Below are positions 26,504-38,914 of a stretch of 64,000 nucleotides of DNA, in pieces; position 1 is the stretch's first letter; every line of letters starts with the position of its first letter. Under the pieces are notes generated by a model. That model did not search any database. It saw nothing but the letters and a program-made list of their open reading frames with translations, and was not told where the DNA came from. Source of the DNA: Paecilomyces variotii (Eukaryota). The stretch lies in the NCBI GenBank assembly GCA_004022145.1, contig RCNU01000001.1; one strand, written 5' to 3'. A program made the position numbers and the translations under genes.

Positions 26504-27404
26504 AGTGGATGCTGATAACCTCTGGAATCGCGATACTTATGGATAAGAGCCAATTGGGGCAGCAGAGGAAAGTACTAGTATCAGCTTGGTTATCGAAATA
26601 AAATGAGGGAAAATAACAAGCTGGATAAGAACCGAGATGGACAGGTCAGAGTGAGAAAAAAAAATCAGAGAGCTCGTGTGGGGGAGGCTATGCCACAGCG
26701 TTCATCTCTGGTTCCCAGCAGGCTGCAGTCCAATTCTCAGACGAGGCTGCAGACGTCGAAGGATGTCATCTATGGGACGTGTTCTGAACGCAGCTGAAAC
26801 AAAAGAAAAAGTAGCTCGAGAAATAACTGGATTTCTAGCGCTGAAGATGATCTTCGACAAAGGAACCAGGACATGGATGGTCGAGTAGGAGAGAACCTTT
26901 TGGCTAGCCAATGATGGAGAGTAAACACGATGAGTGCTGAGTGCAGGACGACAGCTACCAGGTCGAGAAAACACTACAGTGAATTAGCACACATGTCCAT
27001 AACAGCAGTCTTTGTATGAATATGGATGGCGATAGCCGCCCGTTAGTCGCCCATGTAGGTGGTGGTATTATTCCATGTTCATGTTAACGTTACAAACTTC
27101 TTAAGTATTCTGTACGAACTAAGTACTTTAGTGACACGCGGGCGGAGAGGAAAGAAACAAGTGCCTGAGCCTCCCGCGGCCAAGACCGACACTTCCTCCA
27201 TGCCACAATGATCATTACATGAGCCACGTGGAAAGTCCCTGCCAGAATTAGCTCGTGGATAGGATCAACATCTCATATTGCAATATAAAGATCCGGTGAT
27301 ATCCTTATCTTTCACGGTATCAATTCAAAGGACCCCTGCGCTTGTGTCAGGTCCTGGCACTTCGCACTATTTAGCAAGAACAGCATCAAGGTGGATATCT
27401 TGCA

Positions 27405-28493
27405 ATGGCTATACCGCAGGCTTCTGGATCGGGCCCAGCTGCAGCCAGGGAAGGAGGCCAGCGTTCGCACTCCCAGCTTGACCCAACATTGAAGCATTTC
27501 GCGGATCCATCTTTTGATCCCGTTGACTTGATCAATGATGCACTCCCACCACTGACGCTTGCCTTATCTCAGCCTCATGCCACGAGAGCTCCTGGTTCTG
27601 TTCCGCTGTCGGAGCTGTCCAGCCAGACACAATCTCTGCTCTCTCAGTGGAGTGCGCAGAATGTGAGGCTCTCCAATATCCTCACCCAGTTGACGGACGA
27701 GATCTTGAGAAGCAGCGGACGGCTGGCTTACGAGGTAGAGGTTCTACGAGGAGAGGCACTCGGGCTGTCAGATGCTCTGACCGAATCTTTGCATGGTGAT
27801 ATCCAAAAGTTTGTCCCGGAAGGGTTGGTAGAGAACCTTGCTCAGACAGACGTCACCCAAGGGGCCACGAATACCACGGATCTCCCTGAAGCGGAGGACG
27901 ACCAGGTGAAGCAGAAGCAGACAGCAGTATCTGACCCGGAGTACATCATTAAGCTACGAACGCTGGGCCAAGTTCGATCTCGACTGGAAGATGTAGTGCA
28001 TCTCTTTGGGGAAGCAATGGAATGGCCACTGCCGCCGTCCGAGCTCTCCATTGCCTCTTCGTTTATTTCAGTCTCGGCGCCGGAACCACCCGGTTGGGAG
28101 AGTCATAGTCAGGAAGAGAAGGGACAAGAGATTGCCAGGAAGCTACGCGCAGAGATCACCGAGCTTCTCGACAGCGATGGTGGCGGGGAAGCAGGGCTGG
28201 AAGCAGCCCGCAAACGTGTCGAGACGATGCGGGAGCTGGCGACCGTCTGGAAGGGCTCCGTCGAGGAGAGAGCGCGGAACCGGTTCGTTGACGGGCTGGA
28301 AAACATGGTTGACGATCGACGCAGAGTACTCGAACGGCAACTCAAGGAACGTGAACGACGGAGCGACGAACTTCGCCGTCAGCGTTCTCAGAAAAAGAAC
28401 CGGTCATCGATGGATCAGAGTGACAGCGGAGGGCCTGCGGGAGGTCTGTTCAGGAATCTACAGCGATTGCGGGACGAGATATACCTGGACTGA
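27405..28493 (+). CDS. Conserved coiled-coil protein, possibly a COG7/CATCHR tethering subunit-like protein
   Basis: Intronless 362-aa ORF; N-terminal FADPSFDPVDLIN motif followed by a coiled coil. Coding status is strong; the function is tentative. Confidence 0.7.
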   Translation: MAIPQASGSGPAAAREGGQRSHSQLDPTLKHFADPSFDPVDLINDALPPLTLALSQPHATRAPGSVPLSELSSQTQSLLSQWSAQNVRLSNILTQLTDEILRSSGRLAYEVEVLRGEALGLSDALTESLHGDIQKFVPEGLVENLAQTDVTQGATNTTDLPEAEDDQVKQKQTAVSDPEYIIKLRTLGQVRSRLEDVVHLFGEAMEWPLPPSELSIASSFISVSAPEPPGWESHSQEEKGQEIARKLRAEITELLDSDGGGEAGLEAARKRVETMRELATVWKGSVEERARNRFVDGLENMVDDRRRVLERQLKERERRSDELRRQRSQKKNRSSMDQSDSGGPAGGLFRNLQRLRDEIYLD

Positions 28494-29559
28494 GTCTCTA
28501 CGGTAGTAGATACAGTGTAAACTAGAGAAAATGAAATAATCTACGCGTCTTAATTATGTGGTTCTTGATTTAACCGTCTCCGGTTCCCTATCCAATGGGT
28601 ATACGGCCAATGACGCGTCTATTATGTGTCCATGAGTACCGTACGCGGTGTTTCTTAAATTCGGCTGCATGGTGATGGTCTCTGGCTGGAATCGGAGAGC
28701 CTGTTTGCAGTAATCGTTATTATGATTGTGATCCGATGCTTATTCTCTCGCACGAGGAGGGGGTATCTTGGACCCTGACAGGGATAATGTATGTACATCC
28801 AGTACAGTAGTACTATAGAGTAGATAGTAGTTAGCCAACCCATCTGCAATATAAAGGCTCTTTTTTCACAACGACTTTGACAGCGGTAGTTATATACCGT
28901 GGTGACCTAAGTAGATGACTGATTTCTTTTTCTTCCTGCTCGCGGTCTGGTCACAGTGTCCTCTAGATTCGCCCCCAATCAGGAAACGGTCCAGAAGGTT
29001 GATTTGACGATCGCTGACGGCTCACGAGAAGATCGTTACGTTTCAGGGCCGTCGTGGAAGCCAAATCAGCTGCCATTAATGATTAGAGGATTATTACCAG
29101 ACCCATCGGGCGATTCTTCCGCGCACGCAGACGCTCTGTTCTCCCTTTCTCTCCACTGCGACCGTCGAGGTACGATTAGAAGAAGCCCTCTAAGCTCCAC
29201 TGGCACGTTTTCCTCGTCGGCCGCTTGCGCAACGGGCTGCCATCTGGGATTGAACCGTGCTCGACTCGGTCTTTTCTATCATCCTCTCTCCTCACCAGCT
29301 TCAGACGCTGCGCACCTGTCGATTATACCTATCTACGACGTCGGAACTATGATGGCTGGTCCGTTGTGAGCCTGGACTGTCGTGCGACGCTTTCCCCGAC
29401 ATCTTGAAGACTAGCATCGTGCCTGTTTTTGGAATGCGAAGCCGGAGATCGTCATGCAGATTTGCTGAAATCGGGACACCTTTTGTATCCTCCTGCTCGA
29501 TTCTGACATCAGTTCCCCCGGCCAGCATTTGACCGAGACGGTCCCTCTTGACGTTGTCA

Positions 29560-31495
29560 ATGCCAACCTTCGCGATGGAAGGCAGAGCGGACCAGCGCTC
29601 CTTGCTGGCCTACCTCCCAACCCCGGTGCGACAAGCCTACCTTCGTCGTCCCAGGAGTCGCAGGTCGAAGATCCTTTTTCTAGCGACAGCTACAGGAGTC
29701 CTGATCTTCTTCTTCATCGCATTGGGTTCAAGACAGGTACGTTCGGAATGACCATATCAGGATGCAGTCTTGCTCTACCTAGTGTATAAGACCCGGAGGT
29801 CAAGGGCCCTATCCCCAAGCCCAGCTGACAACTTTGTAGTCACAGACAGAGACAAGCTACTGGGTCAGGCACCCATCACATTATGCTTCATCACAGCGGC
29901 CAGAAGATTCCTCGATACTTTCGCCTTCAGCACCGCAAGTGGATGAAGATGGGACCCTCCCGAGCAGCTTAAAAAAGTCGAACCCCTCCTTCCATCTCCT
30001 GATCCCAGCTACGAAACGCAGCTCTAGTCTTTGCAAGACAGTCACTTCGGCTATGATTCTGGACTACCCGCCTCCGACGCTCATCGGGTACGGGAAAGAA
30101 TTCTATGGCCAGTATCCGGAGCATGATGCGACAGCAGCAAGGGTGAGCGGTATCAATTCGTACCTCACCAACAGCAAACACCTGAGCGATAACGATCTGG
30201 TTTTGATTGTTGACGGCCTCGACGTCTTTTTCCAATTGCCTCCGGATATTCTGATTCGACGTTTCCACAACTTACTGAAGGAGAATAACGAAAAGCTGAA
30301 AAGGAAATACGGCGTGGTGGTCGTGCAGAATCCTGATACGGGAGAAATAAAGGAAATCGTCCAAAAATATGAGCAAAGAGTCGTATTTGGAGCAGGGAAG
30401 CTGTGCTTTCCTAACCCTACCCATGACGTGGCCTGTGTGACTGTGCCTCAGTCCACCCTACCGCCAGATGCCTATGGTCTTAAGACGGACACACATCCGG
30501 ATGGGCATCTGAACCGGCCACGGTATCTCCAATCTGGGGCTATCATTGGCGAGGTCGCAGATCTTCGATTGATCTATTCCCAAGTAGAGCAGTCTATCGG
30601 ACGCCGCCGAGATAGATATGGTGACCAGTTCGTTCTGGGGCAACTTTTCGGGAAGCAAGAATATGTGAGAGAACTGGAGAGAAGGAGAACGAGCAATCGA
30701 TTCAAGGAGTGGATGTACAATCAGATTGGTATCTCCGAAGCAACGAACCTAACGGGAATCGAGGTGAACCTCGAGCAGGGACGACGTTACGAATTTGGAA
30801 TCGGATTAGACTACGAGTCTCGTCTCTTTTGGAACATGCTGCAGTCTCGCGATGACGTGGAATGGATTACATACAACAATCTCACCGAGACGTCCAAAAT
30901 ACAGCAACGTCATGGCGTTCCCCGAGAGCGTATAACGCCCCTACCCTCCGACATCTACGAACATGCACCAAATCCATTTATTGCATATAAACCGGCTGAA
31001 GGGGAAGTCGTCAAACCTCCCTTCAATGCGACCGTGGATACTCTTCCCGACCCCAAGAAGCGTTCCTGGGAGAATATCCCATTGATGACCAACGTCCACT
31101 CGCGAGAAATCCCCGCCATTGCCCATCTAAACGGGGATAAAAAGCTCAGGAAAATATGGTGGACGAACATGTGGTATCATCCTTGGGCTCGTGCTCTTCT
31201 CCGCAAATATATGCGCGGCCCTCGTGGCCGTGTTGCAGCGTTGTCTTCGCTGTTCGGAGGCCGCGACTGGTGGGATCTGCGCGGTGGGAGAGGAGGCGTT
31301 TGGACCGATAACGACGAATGGCTGGATTACGGGGAGCTATGCGAAGGATATGAAGAGGTGGTCTTCGACGACGAGAAAGGACCTTGGGGTCAGGAGGATG
31401 GAGGGCAACTCGAAAAGCCCGTGTATAATCAATTCGGAATTCTCATTGCGGGCAAAGGACCCCCAAAAATTGACCCGCCACAACCGCCAAACTAA
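29560..31495 (+). CDS. Type II membrane glycosyltransferase-like protein (resembles the PLOD/LH3 GT domain)
   Basis: Exon 1 has a basic stretch plus TM (KILFLATATGVLIFFFIALG); intron about 29737-29840; motifs LVLIVDGLDV, VVFGAGKLCFP, RYLQSGAIIG, DQFV, AHLNG. Confidence 0.75.
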
Positions 31496-32519
31496 ACCCT
31501 CGAGATGTCTGATACGATGTCGACAAAACATTTTCTTCCATCCCTCTATTGACGCTCTATTGCTTCACATGCAAGGCACGGATCGAAAGGCCCTGATCGG
31601 GGCTGTCTCAGCTATTCCTCCCAGCACACGTGCCACACACATATATATACCCGCAGTCTATTCACTTCCTCTGGCCTGCATAAAATACGACCCACCTTTT
31701 TCCTTTCCGGGTGGTATTCTCTCGCTGTACTAAGTCCCCAGCAAATGTCATATCCAGCCCTGTTTTCGTCATTGCATGCATAGATCGAGAAGACTAGGGG
31801 CAAAGGTCTTCTGGTCAGGCGTTCGTTGTGAGTATGGCGGTTTGCATTTCCGCTTATTGGGACTCGTCCGTTCCAGCTTTTTCTGTATATATCACCCTTT
31901 TTGTATTACTCCTTGTCTTAGCTACTACTTATAAGCAGAAGCATGGGCTGCTTCTTCTTCTTCTTCTGTAGGATAAGACATGAAAAATGCTATATGATTT
32001 AATCCCTTCTTTTGTCGATAACTTATCTTTATCTAATCAACTTCTTCGGGTAGTACAAGTACTCTCTCGTAACTTATGCAGAATATACCGCATCTATCCA
32101 ATTAAGCTATTCAGAAATGAGAAAGGCGGCACGTGCCACCGTCAACCTTCTGATCGTCTTCACAACACTGGTCCATTTTATCCACAAAGTCAAAAACGCC
32201 TTATCCCATGCTATGCTATGCGTTGCCAAAAGACCATATGGCAAGCGCCCCTCAACCTCATCCAAGGAGTTATTGACATCAATAACAAGGAGTCGGGACC
32301 ATCTCTGTAATCGAGAATAGTCCGACAAGAGAAAAGAAAAAAGATGAAAAAGAAAGAACAACGAAAGAAACAGAGGAAGTCTGGTATACAAGAAAGAACC
32401 AGGGGGAAAAATGTCAAAAAATAACAAGGAGATCATGTAAAAGGTGACAATAGGCCAGGAGAAAACAAAAAAGAAGCGAGGACCTGATTCTATCCCTGGA
32501 CGTCATCAACTCCACCAGT

Positions 32520-33508
32520 TCACTTCCGTCCCGATCCTAACGTTTCTCTGATAATCTTCAGGATCTGCGCTACATCCTCGTTGGATAACCTCTCCTCGCG
32601 CTCCTCGATCACAGTATCTAGCAGCGCCAGCGCGCCGTAATCTTCGTCTGCGAGACCCTCTTCGCCGGCTTCTTCCCCAGCAGCATCACCATCTGCCATC
32701 GCCACGTCTGCGCCATCTTCAGCCTGTGCTTCTTGGTCGCCGGAAGCAGCAGCGCCGTCTAGTCCGACGCCAAGATTCACGATCGTGAGGACTTCTCCCT
32801 TCGTGAGACCGTAGGGCTGGAGGCGTGTGATGAGCTCGCGAAGCGCATGGTCGAGAGGGGTTGGTTCTGTAGGAGGCGGTGGAGGAGGGATCTGGGCGCC
32901 TTGGTCGGTGGTTTCAGCTTGTTGGGGTAGTCCCTCGTGGACGTAGCGTGGGTATTTGAGAAGGTGAGGGGAGAGACGCTGGACGTAGTTATGGATCTAG
33001 AGGTTCAATGGTAGATGTGTTAGTCATGATTTTCTCACGAGAAGCATGAGTGATTGTCGCCTTGATGGTGCCCCTATTTCACTCCCGAGCAAGGAAAAAT
33101 CACAGGGAATAAAAACAATATAGAGTGTGCCAATCATGCAAATGGCAACAAGACATTCTACATTGAGAATATGCAATGCCATATTCAGATGATAGACCGT
33201 CCATGCGGGCTCGTTCCTTCCACGATCCTGGCGCCTCCTTCGTGGACAAACAAGGTCAAATGTCATAGAGAATCCTAATCCGCGCTTACCTCCTTAACAA
33301 CAGTATTGTGATCTCTCAAATCGGGACTTGGAACCCAATTCCTCGAATTCGGTGGTGGGTTAGGAGGGCGTCTTGGGGGATTTTCTGTCAGAAATGCAAG
33401 CACCTCGATATTGGTGAGGGTTGCGGCCTGCGGGTCCACGATCTAAATCTCTCCTCAGCAATGCGATCTCAAGAAAACAAGATAAGGAAACACTGAACTT
33501 ACCCTCAT
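32520..33508 (-). CDS. RPC17: RNA polymerase III subunit RPC9/C17 (Rpb4 family)
   Basis: MR|IVDPQAATLTNIEVLAFL...|IHNY...LQPYGLTKGEVLTIVNL...TVIEEREERLS; 6-nt first exon, second intron about 290 nt. Confidence 0.85.
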
Positions 33509-33945
33509 GGTGACTTTTTCTATTAGAAACTCGATCTATCCGGCGGACTTGGAGAATCGACAAGAACATGCCGGGCGGCTATGCAGGAAAATGTAACATC
33601 TGCCGGCAGAAAAGCGTACAGCCAGAAGGCGGTGAATAATATAGCACTACATCGACAATACGATATTCACGGAATACAACAGTCTGAGCAGATAACTAAT
33701 TGACTACGTATGAATAAGGAATGTGTGAAAGAAAATGTCTTAATTGAGAAAATATAAACAGATTATTTTTCCGGCAAAAGTATCGTACTCGCCCTATGCC
33801 AACAAGCACCTCTGCGCCAGGAACGGACCAGCGAATATTTCGCTCTATGATGCCACCCAGAAAGAAAAGACAAACTCAAGCAAAAAAAAAGCGAGATCAA
33901 AACATGATATCATACAGAAACGAAAGCTGACATGATGCAGTGCTT

Positions 33946-35945
33946 TTATTCCTTGCTCTTCTTCTTCTTCTTCTTTTCCGACTTGTCGACGTCTTCTTCC
34001 TCAGTTCTCTTTCGCTTCTTGCCATCCTCCTTGGCAGCTTTCTTGGCCTCCTTCTTAGCCTTCTTCAGGTCCTTCTTGCTGATGGCCGTAGGGTTACCGG
34101 CTGCGTCGAAAGTGATCTCGCCTCTCTCGAGCTTGCGGAGATACCGCTTAACACTGAGACCAGCTTTCTCGGCCAGCTTCTCAACGTCTTCACCCTTCTT
34201 GCTCTTCTTGGACTTGTGTTTCTTCGACTCCTCCTCAGACTCGTCAGAGCTGTCAGAGTCGGCACCATTGGCCTGAGGCTTGTCCTCCATCTCCACATCA
34301 GAGTCAGATTCCGACTCGCTGTCCGACTGGACTTCCTCAATGAGTTTCTTCTTCTTGTCCTTCTTCTCCTTCTTGGCAGATGAAGGAGCCTCTCCGGTGA
34401 CAGCATCTGCGTCGACGTTGTAGGATCGAGCCTCGTTCAGCTCAAACTTCTTGGGCTGGATGGGGAGGCCGTTGGGGGCAATAGCAACACCTCTGGGCTT
34501 CAGGGGCTTGCCTTCCATAGCAGCCAACTTCCTTTCAAGGTTGAATCTAGCCTCTGTTCCCAGAGCGGCCTTCTCCTCCTCGGTAACCTCGTCACCCTCC
34601 CAGTCGGCCAGTGCATCGACACGGATACCAAGAGATGCCTTGGCAGCCAGAATTCTTGCCATCTTACCCTTGTTCTTTCCAGTAGCCTGTCCAATCAGAG
34701 AGGCGTGGTAGATCAAACCATACTTAGGAGTGTCATGCTTGGTCTTCAGGGCACGGAACAGCGCCTTCTCCGCTCCCAGAATCTGGATTGTACTGGCGGG
34801 GCTCTTCGAGAGGTTGACCAGGCTTCCAGCGTGGGCGATAAGTCTAGCACCGACCAACTCACCAACCAAAGCAGTCAGGTTAGGTGCGATAGCGGTCATA
34901 CGAGCAGTGAGATAACTAGCCAGCTGCTGTCGGTATTCAGCGAATCCGACAACCTGTTCAGCCAAAGCCTGGATGTTTTCGAGATCCTCTGGGCTGATCT
35001 CAGTACCCATGGAACGGTCTGCCGCAGACTTGACCGCATTCTCGATTTCCTCCGGCAGGATCTCGCTCAGGTCAACGGACTCCCAGTTTGTGCGCATGCC
35101 CATCTTGAGGACGACTCTCGCGTACGCGATGTTGTCGTTCAAGATCTTGGCCAGTTCCGGGAAGTGCCATCCGTACCATTCCTTAACGCGCATGGCATAA
35201 GTGTTCAATTCCTTGTCCAAGTCATCGAGCAGGGCGATGGCCTGAACGATCATGGTGTCGATCTTATCGGGGGAGAACTTCAGCTTGTGTCTAGCAAGAG
35301 AGTGCGACAGACCCAGAGACATTGCTGACATGTCCTCCGGCACCAGACCCGGAATCAGTGTAGGCAGGTGAGCGCGGATGGCGCGATAGATTTCTGCGGT
35401 GCTGGAGTCGGCAATAGGCTGGATGTCGAGGCCAGGAAGCTTGCCAATTGCAGAACCTTCACGGAATCATCAGCATCCTGTGGAATAGAAATTACAATAC
35501 CAACTTCGAATGGATGTTCTTACCCAGCTTGGGGTCAGCGACCGCGAGAGAAACCTTCTTCTCATCTTTGATGGAGTCGAGAAGGCCCGCGAGACGAGCG
35601 GAGACCTTGCCCTCGATAATGGATGCAACTTCCTCGACAGCGGTGGCAGCACTGTCGAACTTCTGGAAAGTCTTCAACTTAAGACTATAAGACCGGTCAG
35701 AAAGCCAGTTCAAACGAGTTTTACGCCTCATAGTCCCATTGAGGCAAACGGAGCTCAAATTTTCTTCCCACTGAATTTTCTGGAGAGCACAAAAGAGCAC
35801 GATCCGCAAATATAACTTACAGGTTCGAAACACCTTCGGCCGTCTCAGTCTCCGTGGCAAGATCATCCCTCTTGAGGAGCTTCTTGTCCTTGGCCTTGAG
35901 CAGGGCATAACCCGCGCTGGTCTCGGTAAGGATGAAAAGCGTCAT
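33946..35945 (-). CDS. NOP58: Box C/D snoRNP core protein Nop58
   Basis: [76 protein letters not shown] tail; 2 introns. Confidence 0.96.
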
Positions 35946-36269
35946 GGTGGGCAGCGACGACTCTCAGCTGTTCCAAGATTGACAAAGGGGAAGCAGCGAG
36001 CAAGACAAACAGATCGAGAAGGCGCAAAGAGCGGGTGGTGCGCACTGCCTGTCGGACGAAGCACAATGAGCGTTCGTCTTTTTTTTTCGCTGCTCTCGGG
36101 GAAATTTTGCAAGAACTGGCGAGTCTAAGTGTAAAAACGCTGAGTGGCTGCGGTGGGAGGTCCTGCTTATGTCAGCCGCCCTAAACGGACGCCGCGCCCG
36201 CTTGAGCTTCCGCTGTCCTTGCGGAGAGCTGGACCTGGACAATCAACGTCCCAGCTGCCATCGCCCACC

Positions 36270-37551
36270 ATGGAGGGTCTGTTCTTCAACGTGAACGGCG
36301 GGTATGTGCATGAAATCGAGTGGACGTCGTATGGTCTATTGACGAGTCCGCAGATATATCGAGGGGATCGTTCGCGGGTATCGAAACGCTCTCCTGACCC
36401 AACAACAGTACGGCAACTTGACCCAGTGCGAGTCCATAGATGGTTGGTCCTGTCCTGCCTGCATTAGTCTCCTTGGTTTTGATTCAGGGTCCGTTCGGGA
36501 ACTGATATGATCTCCAGATGTCAAGCTGCAGCTAGCCCCCTCCTACGGGGATTTCCTTGCCTCGTTGCCTCCCAATCCCTCGACATCTGCTCTCGCCGGC
36601 AAGTTGACCGACAAGCTCGTTGCCGAATTCCGCTATGTGCAGGCGCAGGCGACTGGTTCCTTTGCGAAGTTTATGGAATACCTAACCTACGGATATATGA
36701 TTGACAATATCGCGCTGTTGATTACCGGCACACTGCACGAACGAGACACGAGAGAGCTGCTAGAGAGATGTCACGCACTGGGCTGGTTTGAAACCATGCC
36801 AGTGCTAAGCGTCGCAACCAACATCGAAGAACTTTATAACTCCGTTCTAGTCGAAACCCCCTTGGCTCCGTACTTCAAGGGTAGTCTCAGCCACCAGGAC
36901 CTCGACGAATTGAACATCGAGATCGTCCGCAACACGCTATACAAGAACTACTTGGAGGACTTCTACAATTTCATCAATACACACCCCGATTTCAAGGGTA
37001 CGCCAACTCAGGAGGTTATGGCTGAAGCGTTAGAATTTGAGGCCGATCGTCGTGCAATCAACATCACCCTGAACTCGTTCGGGACCGAGCTGTCCAAGCA
37101 GGATCGAAAGAAGCTGTACCCTGAATTTGGTAAGCTCTGGCCTGAAGGCACGTTGATGCTGTCTAGGGCAGATGACATTGAGGGTGTCTCTCTGGCTGTG
37201 AGCGGAGTGGCGGACTACAAGACATTCTTCGATGCTGTCGGTCTCAGTCAGGGTGGCGGCGGCGGTCTGGGCAATATGGCTGGTGGAAGTAGCTCGGACG
37301 GAAAGAGTCTGGAGGACCTGTTCTACCAGAAAGAGATGGAGATGTCAAAAGTTGTCTTCACACGGCAGTTCACCCCGGCGGTGGTTTATGCCTGGGTGAA
37401 GTTGCGCGAACAGGTAAACTGGCATTATCCTCTTCAGGTATCGTGGACTTCGCTAACGCTAGACCAGGAAATTCGAAACATCACTTGGATCTCTGAATGC
37501 ATTGCACAAAACCAGAAGGACAGGATAGGAAATTATATCTCTGTTTTCTGA
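36270..37551 (+). CDS. VMA6: V-type ATPase V0 subunit d
   Basis: MEGLFFNVNGG|YIEGIVRGY..., YGYMIDN, FEADRRAINITLNSFGTEL, EQ|EIRNITWISECIAQNQKDRIGNYISVF; 3 introns. Confidence 0.97.
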
Positions 37552-38914
37552 ACGTCGTTTTGAGCCTGTGAATCCCGTTGCATTTTATCCTGCTGTCTCC
37601 AATACACGAGTGTCAGTGTAATTGAACGCACTCGAGCTTTAACGTTTTGTTATCAGATCTGTGATCTACTGTATCTAGCCATTCTGCTTGCTTTCACTAT
37701 GTGATCATTCTGTATCGATTACCCGATTCTTTTGGGAGACCCGTGTAGAGTCTCACTGGTTAGTTCGAATTAAGGGCGTCTCAACAAGGATTCTTTTATC
37801 CTCCTGTGATCCATAGGCATAGCACAAAAGAATAAATAAAGAGAGTATTTGGATAGCAAGTCATCCGCACTCCTTCGACTTCAATCCATGGATGTTTTGA
37901 GGCCGTCGCATCCACGTTTAGTGCGGATATAAGCCACGATAGCGGGTAACGGATTCGCAAGTCGAAACACCCATGAGCCTCGGTGTTTACCGCCAGTATT
38001 ATTTATTGACAACAACTGCAGTTGGATGAAACCAACGAAATCTATAAACTTCCTCAAAGTCACGCTTTTTAAGGCTGCTATGTATTCACCCCATTGGAGT
38101 TGAAACTGGCATTCTTTTTCAAATCCCTCTATACCTCGGTACGGGAAAGAATAGAGCCGGAGGGTTTCCTTTCGTATCTATAGACTCGAAATGCCCTATT
38201 TATCTAACAATTGGCGTCTCTATCAGAATCTGTAAGGACTAAAATAAAAAGAAGAGGATGAATGGCATTGATATTTTGGGAAGAGGGGAATAAGTATGTG
38301 GATCGGAGCGGGGACGAAGATTAGTGTTGGAAATTGAATTGACGCCTAGCTTGAACGACGATCACGATTGTAATCGTGTGAAAAGTCAAAATATGACGTG
38401 CGGAAACATGTGGCTCTTGTCCGGTAAGTATCTATGTGATTATTGAAGAAGGGTCAATGATTCTGTCATCTATCGGGTAACGTGGAGAATAATGTCCGTT
38501 CACGAGAACAGGTGGAGGTCAAGAAGTTAGTCCTTAGGTAGAAAGGAATAATAATTTCGTAATTTTTTCCACTTTTGCGACTCCAAATCTTCAATAGTTT
38601 CGTCTATTCCTAAATAGAGAAAAGATCTTGACGCCGAGCAAAGCATTCGGAGCAACGGATCAGATAACCGAGATAATGAAATACAGAACATTCGAGATAT
38701 GCGCCATATAACCCGTCGATGCAATGTTGTGTGTTTTACGCGAGGCTGGTTTGAGACATCTATATCTTGAGATCCTCATGCAGAAGAGATGGCCCATCCA
38801 ATAACGGCCTATCATCTTTACCCCGGTTTGTGATTTTTGATTCTCCCCGGAGCGAGCAAAAAGATAAAATAAAATAGCAAAGAAACCCCCCGTTTTGTGT
38901 CATGTGAATTTCAT

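Noticed and set aside
32997..33289. Possible box C/D snoRNA in RPC17 intron 2 (ATGACA...CTGA, ACCTTGTT)
   Set aside because: C box is non-consensus and rRNA complementarity is only 8 nt; needs an Infernal/snoscan search
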